Source: an uncultured Candidatus Saccharimonadales bacterium (GTDB taxonomy: Bacteria > Patescibacteriota > Saccharimonadia > UBA4664). Taken from it: a stretch of DNA of 64,000 nt. The stretch is taken from assembly GCA_964467655.1 (NCBI GenBank), contig CAYXSN010000002.1, positions 27,327 to 91,326 of the forward strand, written 5' to 3'. Of this stretch, positions 49,401-57,184 are shown in pieces (the stretch's first letter is position 1; the number at the start of each line of letters is the position of its first letter). The notes under the pieces are model-generated. The model ran no database searches. It was not told the DNA's origin and saw nothing but the letters and a program-made list of their open reading frames with translations. The position numbers were made by a program, and so were the translations under genes.

Positions 49401-49748
49401 GACCTCAGGGCGCGCACGGTCCGCACCCTCGTGCTCATGCTGGCGCCCTTCGTGCCGCATCTGGCCGAAGAAATCTGGCACGAGCGACTGGGCCAAGAGG
49501 GGAGTGTCCACCGAGCACCATGGCCCAAATATGATCCAGAACTCATCAAAGACAACATTGTTACGGTAATCGTGCAGATCAATGGTAAATTGCGCGGTGA
49601 GCTGGTGGTGGCAGCCGATGCCACCGAGGACGACGTCAAGCAAGCCGCCCAAACCGATCCCAATGTGGCGCAGCACCTCGAAGGCAAAACCATTAGCAAG
49701 ACCATTGTGGTGCCCCGTAAGATCGTCAACTTTGTGGTGAAGCCCTAG
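46482..49748 (+). CDS. leuS: leucine--tRNA ligase with inserted ASCH/PUA-like and NUDIX domains
   Basis: Class-I HIGH (PYPSGDGLHVGHV) and KMSKS motifs; CP1 editing domain (TRPDTIFGATF, AHDERDYEFA); anticodon-binding C-terminus. 1088 aa versus the usual roughly 800-860. TATAAT 13 nt upstream. Confidence 0.9.
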   Translation: MNKYDPHALEPKWQQVWADTNLYAATDDDHTRQKYYYLVEFPYPSGDGLHVGHVLSYTALDIMARHKRMQGYNVLYPMGFDEFGLPTENYAIKHKIAPQVATQANVANFRRQLKSLGLSFDWNREVRTSDPNYYKWTQWIFLKLLEKGLAYQAELPINWCPFCKTGLANEEVVDGKHERCGTPVEKKLLTQWMLKITAYADRLAEDLKTVDYLDRIATQQINWIGRSEGAEIDFTLADHDYDVADSLKFTPELTKLVQAGTKTNTIRLEPKNLKVGDYTRLITRYDADRTQSFAIAKITKVEKHALSDIPVDLGGHEPFANKAEQLASYRKYYGDAVTAETEFTIYYFETVANTVTVYTTRPDTIFGATFLVVSPEVAKTWIDSGWKAPKPAAEYIDAALKASELSRQEESKVKTGVDTGITAIHPLTGNPVPVWVADYVLGSYGTGAIMAVPAHDERDYEFAKAFDLPVTYVVEPRTGTGPDAPVQRPSIVAVLLDQSGERVVSMDHHGRHDNWGGHLLIGGGIDQGEQPIDTARREIIEETGYTDFELVEQAPFQIHHQYFSAEKKINRLAVTTGFLFKLTSDQRAELKLTDSEKRNSVEPVWLPITDALTSVKDEMHSLWLRFFTQGTSFAANGPLINSGEFNGLSGTEAKRAIIKALFDKGAGRGATKYRLRDWIFSRQHYWGEPIPVVHCPKDGVVPVPVDQLPIELPKVDHYEPTDTGESPLAAITDWVNTTCPKCGGPAKRETDTMPNWAGSSWYFLRYTDPHNAKEFASAENLKYWTPVDLYNGGMEHTTLHLLYSRFWHKFLYDEGLVPTSEPYARRRSHGMILGPDGQKMSKSKGNVINPDSVVAQYGADTIRLYEMFMGPFDEVKAWSEDHLNGVSRFMYRVWTWLDDLTDDAETLAGSVGYENDLGAFTVATDRIVHKTLKKVHHDIEDMHFNTAVSAMMELVNYLTSADVKRKLRQANAADLRARTVRTLVLMLAPFVPHLAEEIWHERLGQEGSVHRAPWPKYDPELIKDNIVTVIVQINGKLRGELVVAADATEDDVKQAAQTDPNVAQHLEGKTISKTIVVPRKIVNFVVKP

Positions 49749-49753
49749 CTAAC

Positions 49754-50353
49754 ATGACGCGCCACGAAACACCAGATCCCCGAGAAGTTGATGGATTCGA
49801 AGCCGCCCAAAAACAAGGCCTCCTGCCATTAGTTTCGGACACAGCACCCACGCTAGAAATCCAGCCTCCAGCCGGTGCCATGCTAGATACTCACATTATT
49901 TCATCAGTAATTGGTTTTTTTGCTTGCGTCGTCGGTATCTTACTGATTGATAAATTTCTAAAACCACCTGACATCGTTTTTATAGGTCAGGTGGTGATTA
50001 CAGGCTCATTGATGTTCTGGTATTGGCTATGGAAAACAGCCAAAATCGGCGAAGTGGCCGTCAGTGAATTCAGTCGAGGCTATACCACTATTCAGAGATT
50101 AGTATTCGGTAACTTTTGGCTTGGATCATCCCGGACATCATGGTGGAATGATGATCGGATAGGATGGGACTTTACCGGTTTGTGGCGACTTGATCCCAAG
50201 AGTGGAGCTGTAATAGCAGCACCCAACAGAACTGTAACACCTCCCGGATTCTATCCATCACCATTCAAATCGGGCAAGTTTCAGCAATGGACAGGCAGTG
50301 AGTGGATATCAGTGTACCGTGACGCCAATAAAAAAATGGGAGAGTCCTTCTAG
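49754..50353 (+). CDS. membrane protein with C-terminal DUF2510-like motif
   Basis: Two TM helices; C-terminal PPGFYPSPFKSGKFQQWTGSEW resembles the GWYPDP...RWWDG..WT motif. Confidence 0.35.
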   Translation: MTRHETPDPREVDGFEAAQKQGLLPLVSDTAPTLEIQPPAGAMLDTHIISSVIGFFACVVGILLIDKFLKPPDIVFIGQVVITGSLMFWYWLWKTAKIGEVAVSEFSRGYTTIQRLVFGNFWLGSSRTSWWNDDRIGWDFTGLWRLDPKSGAVIAAPNRTVTPPGFYPSPFKSGKFQQWTGSEWISVYRDANKKMGESF

Positions 50354-50400
50354 CCTGCCGGGCGATTGAACCACACAAAGTCACTCTCGATCTTACGGTA

Positions 50401-50949
50401 GTGATCGGCTATTATAGCGATACATGCGGCGAGAGTGTCAGCGTCAAACTTCACTTACGACAAGCGGCAGCATATTCATTTCGAGTAGCCGTGGCCGGAA
50501 TCCCTGGAGATAACTGGCTTAGCTTAGCCCTACTGGTGGGGCGCGCTGCCAACTGGTGCGACGACATGCGCATCGTCTTCGACCCGCAGATAGTGAGTGA
50601 AGTGCTGCGTGCGCGCGGTTTTCTGCCCCTTCAACCGGGCGAAACCATGCCAGAAGAAGGCTACCTCGAGAAGCTAGCCTATGTAATTCGTTTTGCAGCT
50701 CATGGCGGTGAATGCGGCTACCTGCATCCCGACACCGGCATGACCGTCGCATCCATCGCTCAAGATCACAGAGTACAGCCACTTGTCGGACGATTCTATC
50801 AGGATGGTGAACTCAATCCGGGGTCGAATGATGTAGTGCTGAACTTGTTATTTGTGCAAACTGCGCAGGTGGAAGACGCCCAGCGCAATGAGGAGTGCCA
50901 TTACGGCAGCTGCCCCAAAGAACACATACATAGCGTACTGAGCGATTAG
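50401..50949 (+). CDS. hypothetical protein
   Basis: 182 aa; its 3-prime 100 nt overlap the convergent ORF 50848..51402, so one of the two may be shorter or spurious. Confidence 0.3.
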   Translation: MIGYYSDTCGESVSVKLHLRQAAAYSFRVAVAGIPGDNWLSLALLVGRAANWCDDMRIVFDPQIVSEVLRARGFLPLQPGETMPEEGYLEKLAYVIRFAAHGGECGYLHPDTGMTVASIAQDHRVQPLVGRFYQDGELNPGSNDVVLNLLFVQTAQVEDAQRNEECHYGSCPKEHIHSVLSD

Positions 50950-51402
50950 GCCAAAGCGCGAAAAGGCATAGGCAGTAAGCAAGCTCGACCTGAGCATATC
51001 ACCCTGGAATAAGGTGGTTTTCTGGCCAGCCAGCTTCTGGTCGGTCGGGTTGGCCCGGGACAGCTCACTCACTTCGGAATAAGTTTTACCGTCGGCGATC
51101 TTCATCATGTGCACCCAAATGAATTCATCGGCATAGGCTTTGGCCTTATCGCCGTTATCCACTTGCTGGCCGGCATATTTTTGGAGGCCAGGGAACTCTT
51201 TGGGGTCAAGCGCAGCGCTCCCGGCTGGCGGGAAGAACACCTTTTCCTGGACAAGCTGACTCTTAATCTGGTCATCGGCAAACCGGTTAGCCCATTGCGC
51301 CAGAAAGCCACCACCGGTAAGGGCGACAAACACAATGACGCCGAGTCCTATTAATACCTTATCAAGCTGTTTACGACTGCTTTGCTTCACGTTGCGTTCC
51401 AA
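50848..51402 (-). CDS. hypothetical membrane protein (N- and C-terminal TM helices)
   Basis: 184 aa; TM helices at both ends. Confidence 0.4.
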   Translation of the reverse strand: MERNVKQSSRKQLDKVLIGLGVIVFVALTGGGFLAQWANRFADDQIKSQLVQEKVFFPPAGSAALDPKEFPGLQKYAGQQVDNGDKAKAYADEFIWVHMMKIADGKTYSEVSELSRANPTDQKLAGQKTTLFQGDMLRSSLLTAYAFSRFGLIAQYAMYVFFGAAAVMALLIALGVFHLRSLHK

Positions 51403-51456
51403 TTTTTATATACCTATTTCATAGCATAAGCAGTATAAAATAGCTATCATACTACT

Positions 51457-52140
51457 ATGCCTATTGGCCACGACGACCCCTTTATCGATTATTATCATGT
51501 ATTAGGTGTGCCTCCGGCAGCCTCAGGCGAGGAGGTCAAACAGGCTTATCGCCAAGCCGCCAAAAAAGCCCATCCAGATGCGGGCGGCAGCTCGGCAGCC
51601 ATGGATAGCCTCAACCAGGCCTATGCCGTACTGGGTGATCCAGCCAAGCGGGCGATATTTGATCAAGAGCGCCAGCTTCATGATGCCCCGCCGCCGGTCC
51701 AGCCATCTGCGTCTGCTGCCGCATCTTCGCCGGTCCAATCCGACGCTCAGCTCCACGCCGCCCGCCAGGAATTGCGTCGCCTCAGGGTGGCCTACGCCCG
51801 CCATTCAGGCCTGGAAATCATTCGGTGGTCGCTGGTAGCCGGCGCCGGCCTGGGAGCCCTGATGTGGCTGTTTGGCGGCTTGATTACCGGTGGTGTTGTC
51901 CGGGCAATACTCTTGGTGGGCTTGGGCGGCAGTGGCTTTGGCCTGGTCTTTGGCATCACCTGTCTGACGGATCCCGATCACCGTTTGGTATTGTTCGACC
52001 TGTCTTGGCGGCACCGTCAATTTCCGGACAGGCAGTGGTGGCTCATCACGGCAGCCCAGTTTGTGACAGGAGTTTTACTTGGCGCTGGTCTTGGCTGGTG
52101 GCTATTGTCTCAGGCTCCTTCCAGTCTTTTTGGAGCTTGA
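51457..52140 (+). CDS. DnaJ (J-domain) membrane protein
   Basis: J domain DYYHVLGV...AYRQAAKKAHPD with HPD tripeptide; Ala/Pro linker; C-terminal TM helices. Confidence 0.65.
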   Translation: MPIGHDDPFIDYYHVLGVPPAASGEEVKQAYRQAAKKAHPDAGGSSAAMDSLNQAYAVLGDPAKRAIFDQERQLHDAPPPVQPSASAAASSPVQSDAQLHAARQELRRLRVAYARHSGLEIIRWSLVAGAGLGALMWLFGGLITGGVVRAILLVGLGGSGFGLVFGITCLTDPDHRLVLFDLSWRHRQFPDRQWWLITAAQFVTGVLLGAGLGWWLLSQAPSSLFGA

Positions 52141-52192
52141 GCGGGTTGCATATCCAAGAGGCATCTGGCAATGTAAGACCAGTCGGTACCTT

Positions 52193-53332
52193 ATGCCTCA
52201 TTCCAAAGTCCTCGTCATCCTTCCTACCTATAACGAAGCCAGGAATGTCGAACCGCTCCTTGCCCAGATCTTTGCCATCGGCGATACCATGCCCGGTTGG
52301 CACTTTGATGTCCTGGTCATGGACGACACGTCACCTGACGGCACCGCCCGGATTGTCCGCCGATTAGCCGACAATCAATACCCGGGACGGCTGTTTCTTC
52401 AGTCTGGCCCAAAAGAGGGGCTGGGCCGGGCCTTGCAACGGGCGTTTGACGAAGCCCTCAAGCGCGACCACGATGTCGTGCTGACGATGGATGCCGACTT
52501 TTCTCATAGCCCCCAAGACATCCCGGCTCTCATGGCCGCCGTCGACAGCGGTGCCGATGTCGCCGTGGGCTCACGTTATGTTGAGGGTGGCCTCATCCCC
52601 GGTAACTGGCCGCTGCGCCTCATCATCCGCACCCGGTTGGCCACAGCCATGGCCCACTGGCTGGGCGGCGTCAGTCATGACCTGCATGAGCTCACAACCA
52701 ACTTTCGCGCCATCCGCCGGCCGGTCTTGGAGGCCATCCCGTACAACCAAATCCAGGCCAATGGTTATGGTATCCAGATCTTTCTAGCAAATGCCATCAC
52801 CGACGGGCCTTATAAGGTCGCCGAGGTCCCCATTACCTTCAGGAGCCGGGCTCATGGCAATTCCAAAGCCAAACTCGGTGATGTTATCGAATTCTTGCGT
52901 ATAGCCTATCAGCTCAATCCTGATTCGCCGGCCAAACAAGCCCTGAGGTTTGTGGCTGTGGGTACGAGTGGCACCATAGTGAACTTGCTGGCCCTGTGGC
53001 AGTTTCAGAAGCTCACAGGTAGTACGCTGCCGTATATCTCATTGATGGCCATCCAGGTCAGTGTTATCTGGAACTTTCTATTGCATAACTTATTTACGTT
53101 CCGTGAGCCGTCGGGCCGGCACCATCAATCAAACGTCATCATGAGGTTTTTTAAATACGAAGGAGCTGTTCTATTATCGCAAACGCTCATGCTTGGCATG
53201 TATAGTTTGCTCACCTGGTTTGGGCTACAATTTCTGGTCGCCCAGCTGATCGGCATTGTAACGGCCTTTGTCGTCAACTATCATCTGTCGATTACGTATA
53301 TTTGGAACAAACCAGGTGATCATGCTGAGTGA
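52193..53332 (+). CDS. polyprenol-phosphate sugar synthase (GT2, DPM1/GtrB-like) fused to GtrA-like flippase domain
   Basis: ILPTYNEARN, MDDTSPDGT and TMDADFSH (DxD) motifs of Dpm1/GtrB-type GT2. C-terminal about 120 aa with GtrA-family pattern (FVAVGTSGTIVNLLALW...NFLLHNLFTF). Confidence 0.75.
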   Translation: MPHSKVLVILPTYNEARNVEPLLAQIFAIGDTMPGWHFDVLVMDDTSPDGTARIVRRLADNQYPGRLFLQSGPKEGLGRALQRAFDEALKRDHDVVLTMDADFSHSPQDIPALMAAVDSGADVAVGSRYVEGGLIPGNWPLRLIIRTRLATAMAHWLGGVSHDLHELTTNFRAIRRPVLEAIPYNQIQANGYGIQIFLANAITDGPYKVAEVPITFRSRAHGNSKAKLGDVIEFLRIAYQLNPDSPAKQALRFVAVGTSGTIVNLLALWQFQKLTGSTLPYISLMAIQVSVIWNFLLHNLFTFREPSGRHHQSNVIMRFFKYEGAVLLSQTLMLGMYSLLTWFGLQFLVAQLIGIVTAFVVNYHLSITYIWNKPGDHAE

Positions 53333-54593
53333 CTTACAGACATGGCTGCTGACCGTCTTTGCTGCCATGCTGACGGTACATGGTTTTGTAAACTTATATT
53401 TAACGCTGTATGCTTGGGCGGATCCAGCCCGTATCGACCAGGCCCGTGCACCCAAGACCTTCAGGCCGCCGTTGTTTGGCTTTAGCCTGTTGCTGCCAAG
53501 TCGCCACGAGCACCAGGTGATTGGCGAAACGCTCCGCCGGTTGGCGACGATCAACTATCCCGTCCACAAATTCGAGCTCATCGTCCTGTGTACACCTGAC
53601 GATCAGGCGACGATCAACGCCGCCCGAGCCAGTATTGCGCGTTACCGCATTGGCAACGCCCGCGTGGTTGTCTTCGATCCTCCCAGCGGCAAAGCCCGGG
53701 CCATGAATATCGGCTTGGCAGCCGCTCGCCATGAACTGGTCACAATTTTTGATGCCGAAGACGATGTCAGCCCCGATATCCTCAATATTGCCAACACGCT
53801 GTATCATAATCAGGCTATTGATATCCTCCAGGGCGGAGTTCAGTTGATGAACTTTGACAGCCAGTGGTTTAGTGCTGCCAACGTGCTGGAATATTTCTTT
53901 TGGTTTAAGTCACGGATGCACTATTACGCCCGATCAGGCATCGTGCCCTTGGGAGGCAATACGGTATTTTTTAAAAAGCGCGATGTATTGCACGTTGGCG
54001 GTTGGGACGAGAAGTGTCTAACCGAAGATGCCGACATTGGCATCCGTCTGAGTCTGGCCGGTAAGCGGTTTGGCGTGATGTATGATGCCGCTCATGTCAC
54101 CAGAGAGGAAACGCCGGCCACCGTGGCTGCCTTCATCAAGCAACGGACTCGCTGGAACCAGGGATTTCTACAGATCACCGGCAAAGGCGACTGGCGACGG
54201 TTATCCAGGATCAAACAGATCAGTCTGGTACTGTATATCCTAGAGAGTCCTAGTTTTATGGCCTGGGTGCTCGCTTTGGCGCCGGTTACCTTGTTTCTTG
54301 GTTGGTACGTGCAAGCCAACATCCTGGTAAGCCTGTTGTCATTCATGCCATTAATCCTCAGCGTGCTCAATATAGTAGTGAGCCTGGTCGGCCTCTATGA
54401 ATTTGGTCAAGAGCAAGTGTGTCGCATCAGATGGCGCCATTACTTCAAATTCTTACTGGCCTACCTGCCGTATCAGTTGATGCTAGCTGCTGCCTCCTGG
54501 AGAGCCCTCTGGCGGCATTATCGAGGCCAGCATGCTTGGGAAAAAACTGCCCACTTCGGGGCGCATCGACCGGCCGGAGGGAGTTCGCTATGA
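53322..54593 (+). CDS. processive family-2 glycosyltransferase (cellulose/chitin-synthase-like)
   Basis: DAEDDV (DxD), TED, and Q(R)TRWNQG QxxRW motif; N- and C-terminal TM helices. Confidence 0.75.
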   Translation: MLSDLQTWLLTVFAAMLTVHGFVNLYLTLYAWADPARIDQARAPKTFRPPLFGFSLLLPSRHEHQVIGETLRRLATINYPVHKFELIVLCTPDDQATINAARASIARYRIGNARVVVFDPPSGKARAMNIGLAAARHELVTIFDAEDDVSPDILNIANTLYHNQAIDILQGGVQLMNFDSQWFSAANVLEYFFWFKSRMHYYARSGIVPLGGNTVFFKKRDVLHVGGWDEKCLTEDADIGIRLSLAGKRFGVMYDAAHVTREETPATVAAFIKQRTRWNQGFLQITGKGDWRRLSRIKQISLVLYILESPSFMAWVLALAPVTLFLGWYVQANILVSLLSFMPLILSVLNIVVSLVGLYEFGQEQVCRIRWRHYFKFLLAYLPYQLMLAAASWRALWRHYRGQHAWEKTAHFGAHRPAGGSSL

Positions 54594-57184
54594 AGCGGCT
54601 GGTAAGCCTACTCAAGCGCCCTGAGACCTGGCTGGTGGTAGGACTGTTGGTGGTAGCTGGCCTGATACAAGGCTGGAATCTATCAGGTTACCCCTACATC
54701 GAAAACGATGAAGCCACCTATGTCTCTCGAGGATGGCATTTTATCACCACCGGCCAGCTTGATGTTTATACGTACCGCTATGATCACGCCCCCTTGGGTT
54801 GGATGACAATCGGCGCCTGGCTCTGGCTGACAGGGGGGACCAACAATTGGTTTGGTTCACTCGTGATGAGCGGCCGGGTGTTTATGCTGGTCATCCATGT
54901 ATTGTCGTGCCTGCTTTTATACAGCGTAACGAAGCGGCTCACTCACGGCAGCCGGGCCGCGGCAGCCGGCGCCGTCATCATCTTCAGCCTGACGCCTCTG
55001 GGGATCTACTTCCAGAGACGGGTGCTGCTGGATAACCTGATGACATGTTGGGTGCTCCTGAGCCTGTGGTGGGCCACCCGACCGGCACACCAGCTCAAAC
55101 ATTATATCTGGAGCGCAGTCTGGCTGGGTATAGCGGTGCTCACCAAACTCAACGCCATCTTTTTTGTACCGGCTTTCTGGTTTCTCATCTGGAAGAAGGC
55201 CGACCCCGGTCACCGGCTGCACGCCTTGCTGTATTGGACATTTGTGGTCGGAGCCATTATTTTCAATTTCTTCCTCTATGCCACCCTCAAAGGCGAACTC
55301 TTGCCGGCACCTCACGACGCGGCCGGCAACCCCACTCACGTGAGCGTGGTGGAGACCTTCCAGCTACAATTGGGGCGCGGTGATTTTGCTTGGCCATGGC
55401 AGCCCCAAAGTAGTTTTTGGCAAAATATCCAGGGCTGGGGTCTCAAAGACCCGTTCTTGTTGTTGGCGGGAGCCTTAGGTTTGACTGGTTTGAGCGTACT
55501 GGCCATCTGGCGCCGCCGGCACTACCCGTATTTACTAACCCTGGTACTGGCCACCTGGCTCTATATAGCATTTCTGGCTCGTGGCAAAATCGTGATTGAC
55601 CTGTACATTGTGCCACTTGTGCCGTTGCTTGCGGCCACAGTAGCCGGTTTTTGGGCTGTGCTCGGTCAAACGCTCTGGCCCCGCCGCTGGCGCTTCTTCA
55701 GGTGGCTGCACTTGGCCGTCGGGCTGGCGTTGTGTCTTACCACTGTCTGGGGGATGGGCGCCAAACCGTACACCGTCAACGAAACGCATAACCAGCTGGC
55801 GGCGCTTGATTGGGTGAAAGCTCGGTTGCCCAAAAACTCGCAGATCGTCACCGACAATTACGCCTACCCGTACCTGGCACAGGAGCAAGGCTACCAAAAC
55901 GTCAATTATTTCTTTAATGCCGAATACGACCCTGAAGTCAGGCGCATCTATGGAGATGACTGGCGCAATCTCAATTACCTGGTGCTCAGTCACGAGATTG
56001 TCAGTCAGATCAAAGCCGGTACCACGCCGCGCCTCAAGCAGATTCTCGACCATAGCCGATTAATAGCCGATTTTAGTGATCGCACTACAAGCTTTGTCGA
56101 CCTCAAGAATTACATTTCCACAAATGGTGACTGGGTACAGGTCTATCAGATAAAAGACCGCAACGAGATAGTATTACAAGATGCGTGGACTTATTTCAAG
56201 CAACATTTCATCACAGGGTACGGCCAGGTGATCGATCCGAACAACCAGGGGCTGACCACTTCGACAGCCCAGACCCAAACCATGGCCAGAGCGGTGGCCG
56301 AAAATGATCAGAAGACCTTCGAGGGAGTGTGGCAATGGACGCAGGATCATTTGAGGCATCGCCAGAGTGACGTGCTGCTGTCATGGAAATGGACTGCCTC
56401 GGTGAGTGGTAGCTACAGTCTAGCTGACGCCAATAACGTCTGCGCAGCCGATCAACAAGCCGCCGCTGCCCTCTATGCCGCCAATGACAAATGGCCGGGC
56501 TTTGGCTATCATATCGCCGCCGCCCGTCAGACAGCTGATTGGTGGGCCAAATGCGTTTTTAAAGCCGGCGGCCGGTATTTTGTTGATTCTTCAGCCGACG
56601 GCAGCCGCAATCCGCATCTGGTGAATCCGGGATACTTCGACCCTGCCTTATATGCTTATCTGGCCACCAAACAACCTTCATACGAATGGTCCCAGCTGAT
56701 GAGCGACGGCTACCAAACTACCAGCAGTCTATTGGATAAGGGCCCTCTACCCGACTGGATACTTGTGAGTGCCAACGGTGAAGTTACTTCAGCCCGCAGT
56801 GTTATGGGAGCGACGGCCGATGCCTTTGGGTATGATAGTCTCGACCTGGTCTACCACTTAGCTCAAGAAAGCCTGGCGGCCGATGAGCTGAGGGCTGCCG
56901 CCGCCCGTCAGGTGCTCGACCGGCTGGCCGCGCCATTACGAGAATTCAGAACTCGGACCGACTCGCCGCCCGCCGATATCGCCTGGCTGATACACGCCCA
57001 GACAGCGCAGCCAGCAGACAAACAGCAGCTTCAAACCCTGTACGCCTACGAAATATTTGACCAGTACCATCAGGGAGAAGGGTTCTGGGGGGATGGGCGC
57101 AGCTATCAGGACCAACTGTGGTACTGGCAATGGCATGATTTGCAGAGACATCTGCCGGCGGCCTCTCGATTGGAGCTTAAGTGA
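54590..57184 (+). CDS. GT-C-fold glycosyltransferase (PMT/GT39- or ArnT-like) fused to C-terminal GH8-like (alpha/alpha)6 domain
   Basis: N-terminal about 470 aa polytopic with loop-1 ENDEATY (DE motif) as in PMT/ArnT. The C-terminal about 400 aa soluble domain resembles BcsZ-type GH8 proteins (assignment is inference). ATGA overlap with the upstream gene. Confidence 0.5.
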   Translation: MKRLVSLLKRPETWLVVGLLVVAGLIQGWNLSGYPYIENDEATYVSRGWHFITTGQLDVYTYRYDHAPLGWMTIGAWLWLTGGTNNWFGSLVMSGRVFMLVIHVLSCLLLYSVTKRLTHGSRAAAAGAVIIFSLTPLGIYFQRRVLLDNLMTCWVLLSLWWATRPAHQLKHYIWSAVWLGIAVLTKLNAIFFVPAFWFLIWKKADPGHRLHALLYWTFVVGAIIFNFFLYATLKGELLPAPHDAAGNPTHVSVVETFQLQLGRGDFAWPWQPQSSFWQNIQGWGLKDPFLLLAGALGLTGLSVLAIWRRRHYPYLLTLVLATWLYIAFLARGKIVIDLYIVPLVPLLAATVAGFWAVLGQTLWPRRWRFFRWLHLAVGLALCLTTVWGMGAKPYTVNETHNQLAALDWVKARLPKNSQIVTDNYAYPYLAQEQGYQNVNYFFNAEYDPEVRRIYGDDWRNLNYLVLSHEIVSQIKAGTTPRLKQILDHSRLIADFSDRTTSFVDLKNYISTNGDWVQVYQIKDRNEIVLQDAWTYFKQHFITGYGQVIDPNNQGLTTSTAQTQTMARAVAENDQKTFEGVWQWTQDHLRHRQSDVLLSWKWTASVSGSYSLADANNVCAADQQAAAALYAANDKWPGFGYHIAAARQTADWWAKCVFKAGGRYFVDSSADGSRNPHLVNPGYFDPALYAYLATKQPSYEWSQLMSDGYQTTSSLLDKGPLPDWILVSANGEVTSARSVMGATADAFGYDSLDLVYHLAQESLAADELRAAAARQVLDRLAAPLREFRTRTDSPPADIAWLIHAQTAQPADKQQLQTLYAYEIFDQYHQGEGFWGDGRSYQDQLWYWQWHDLQRHLPAASRLELK

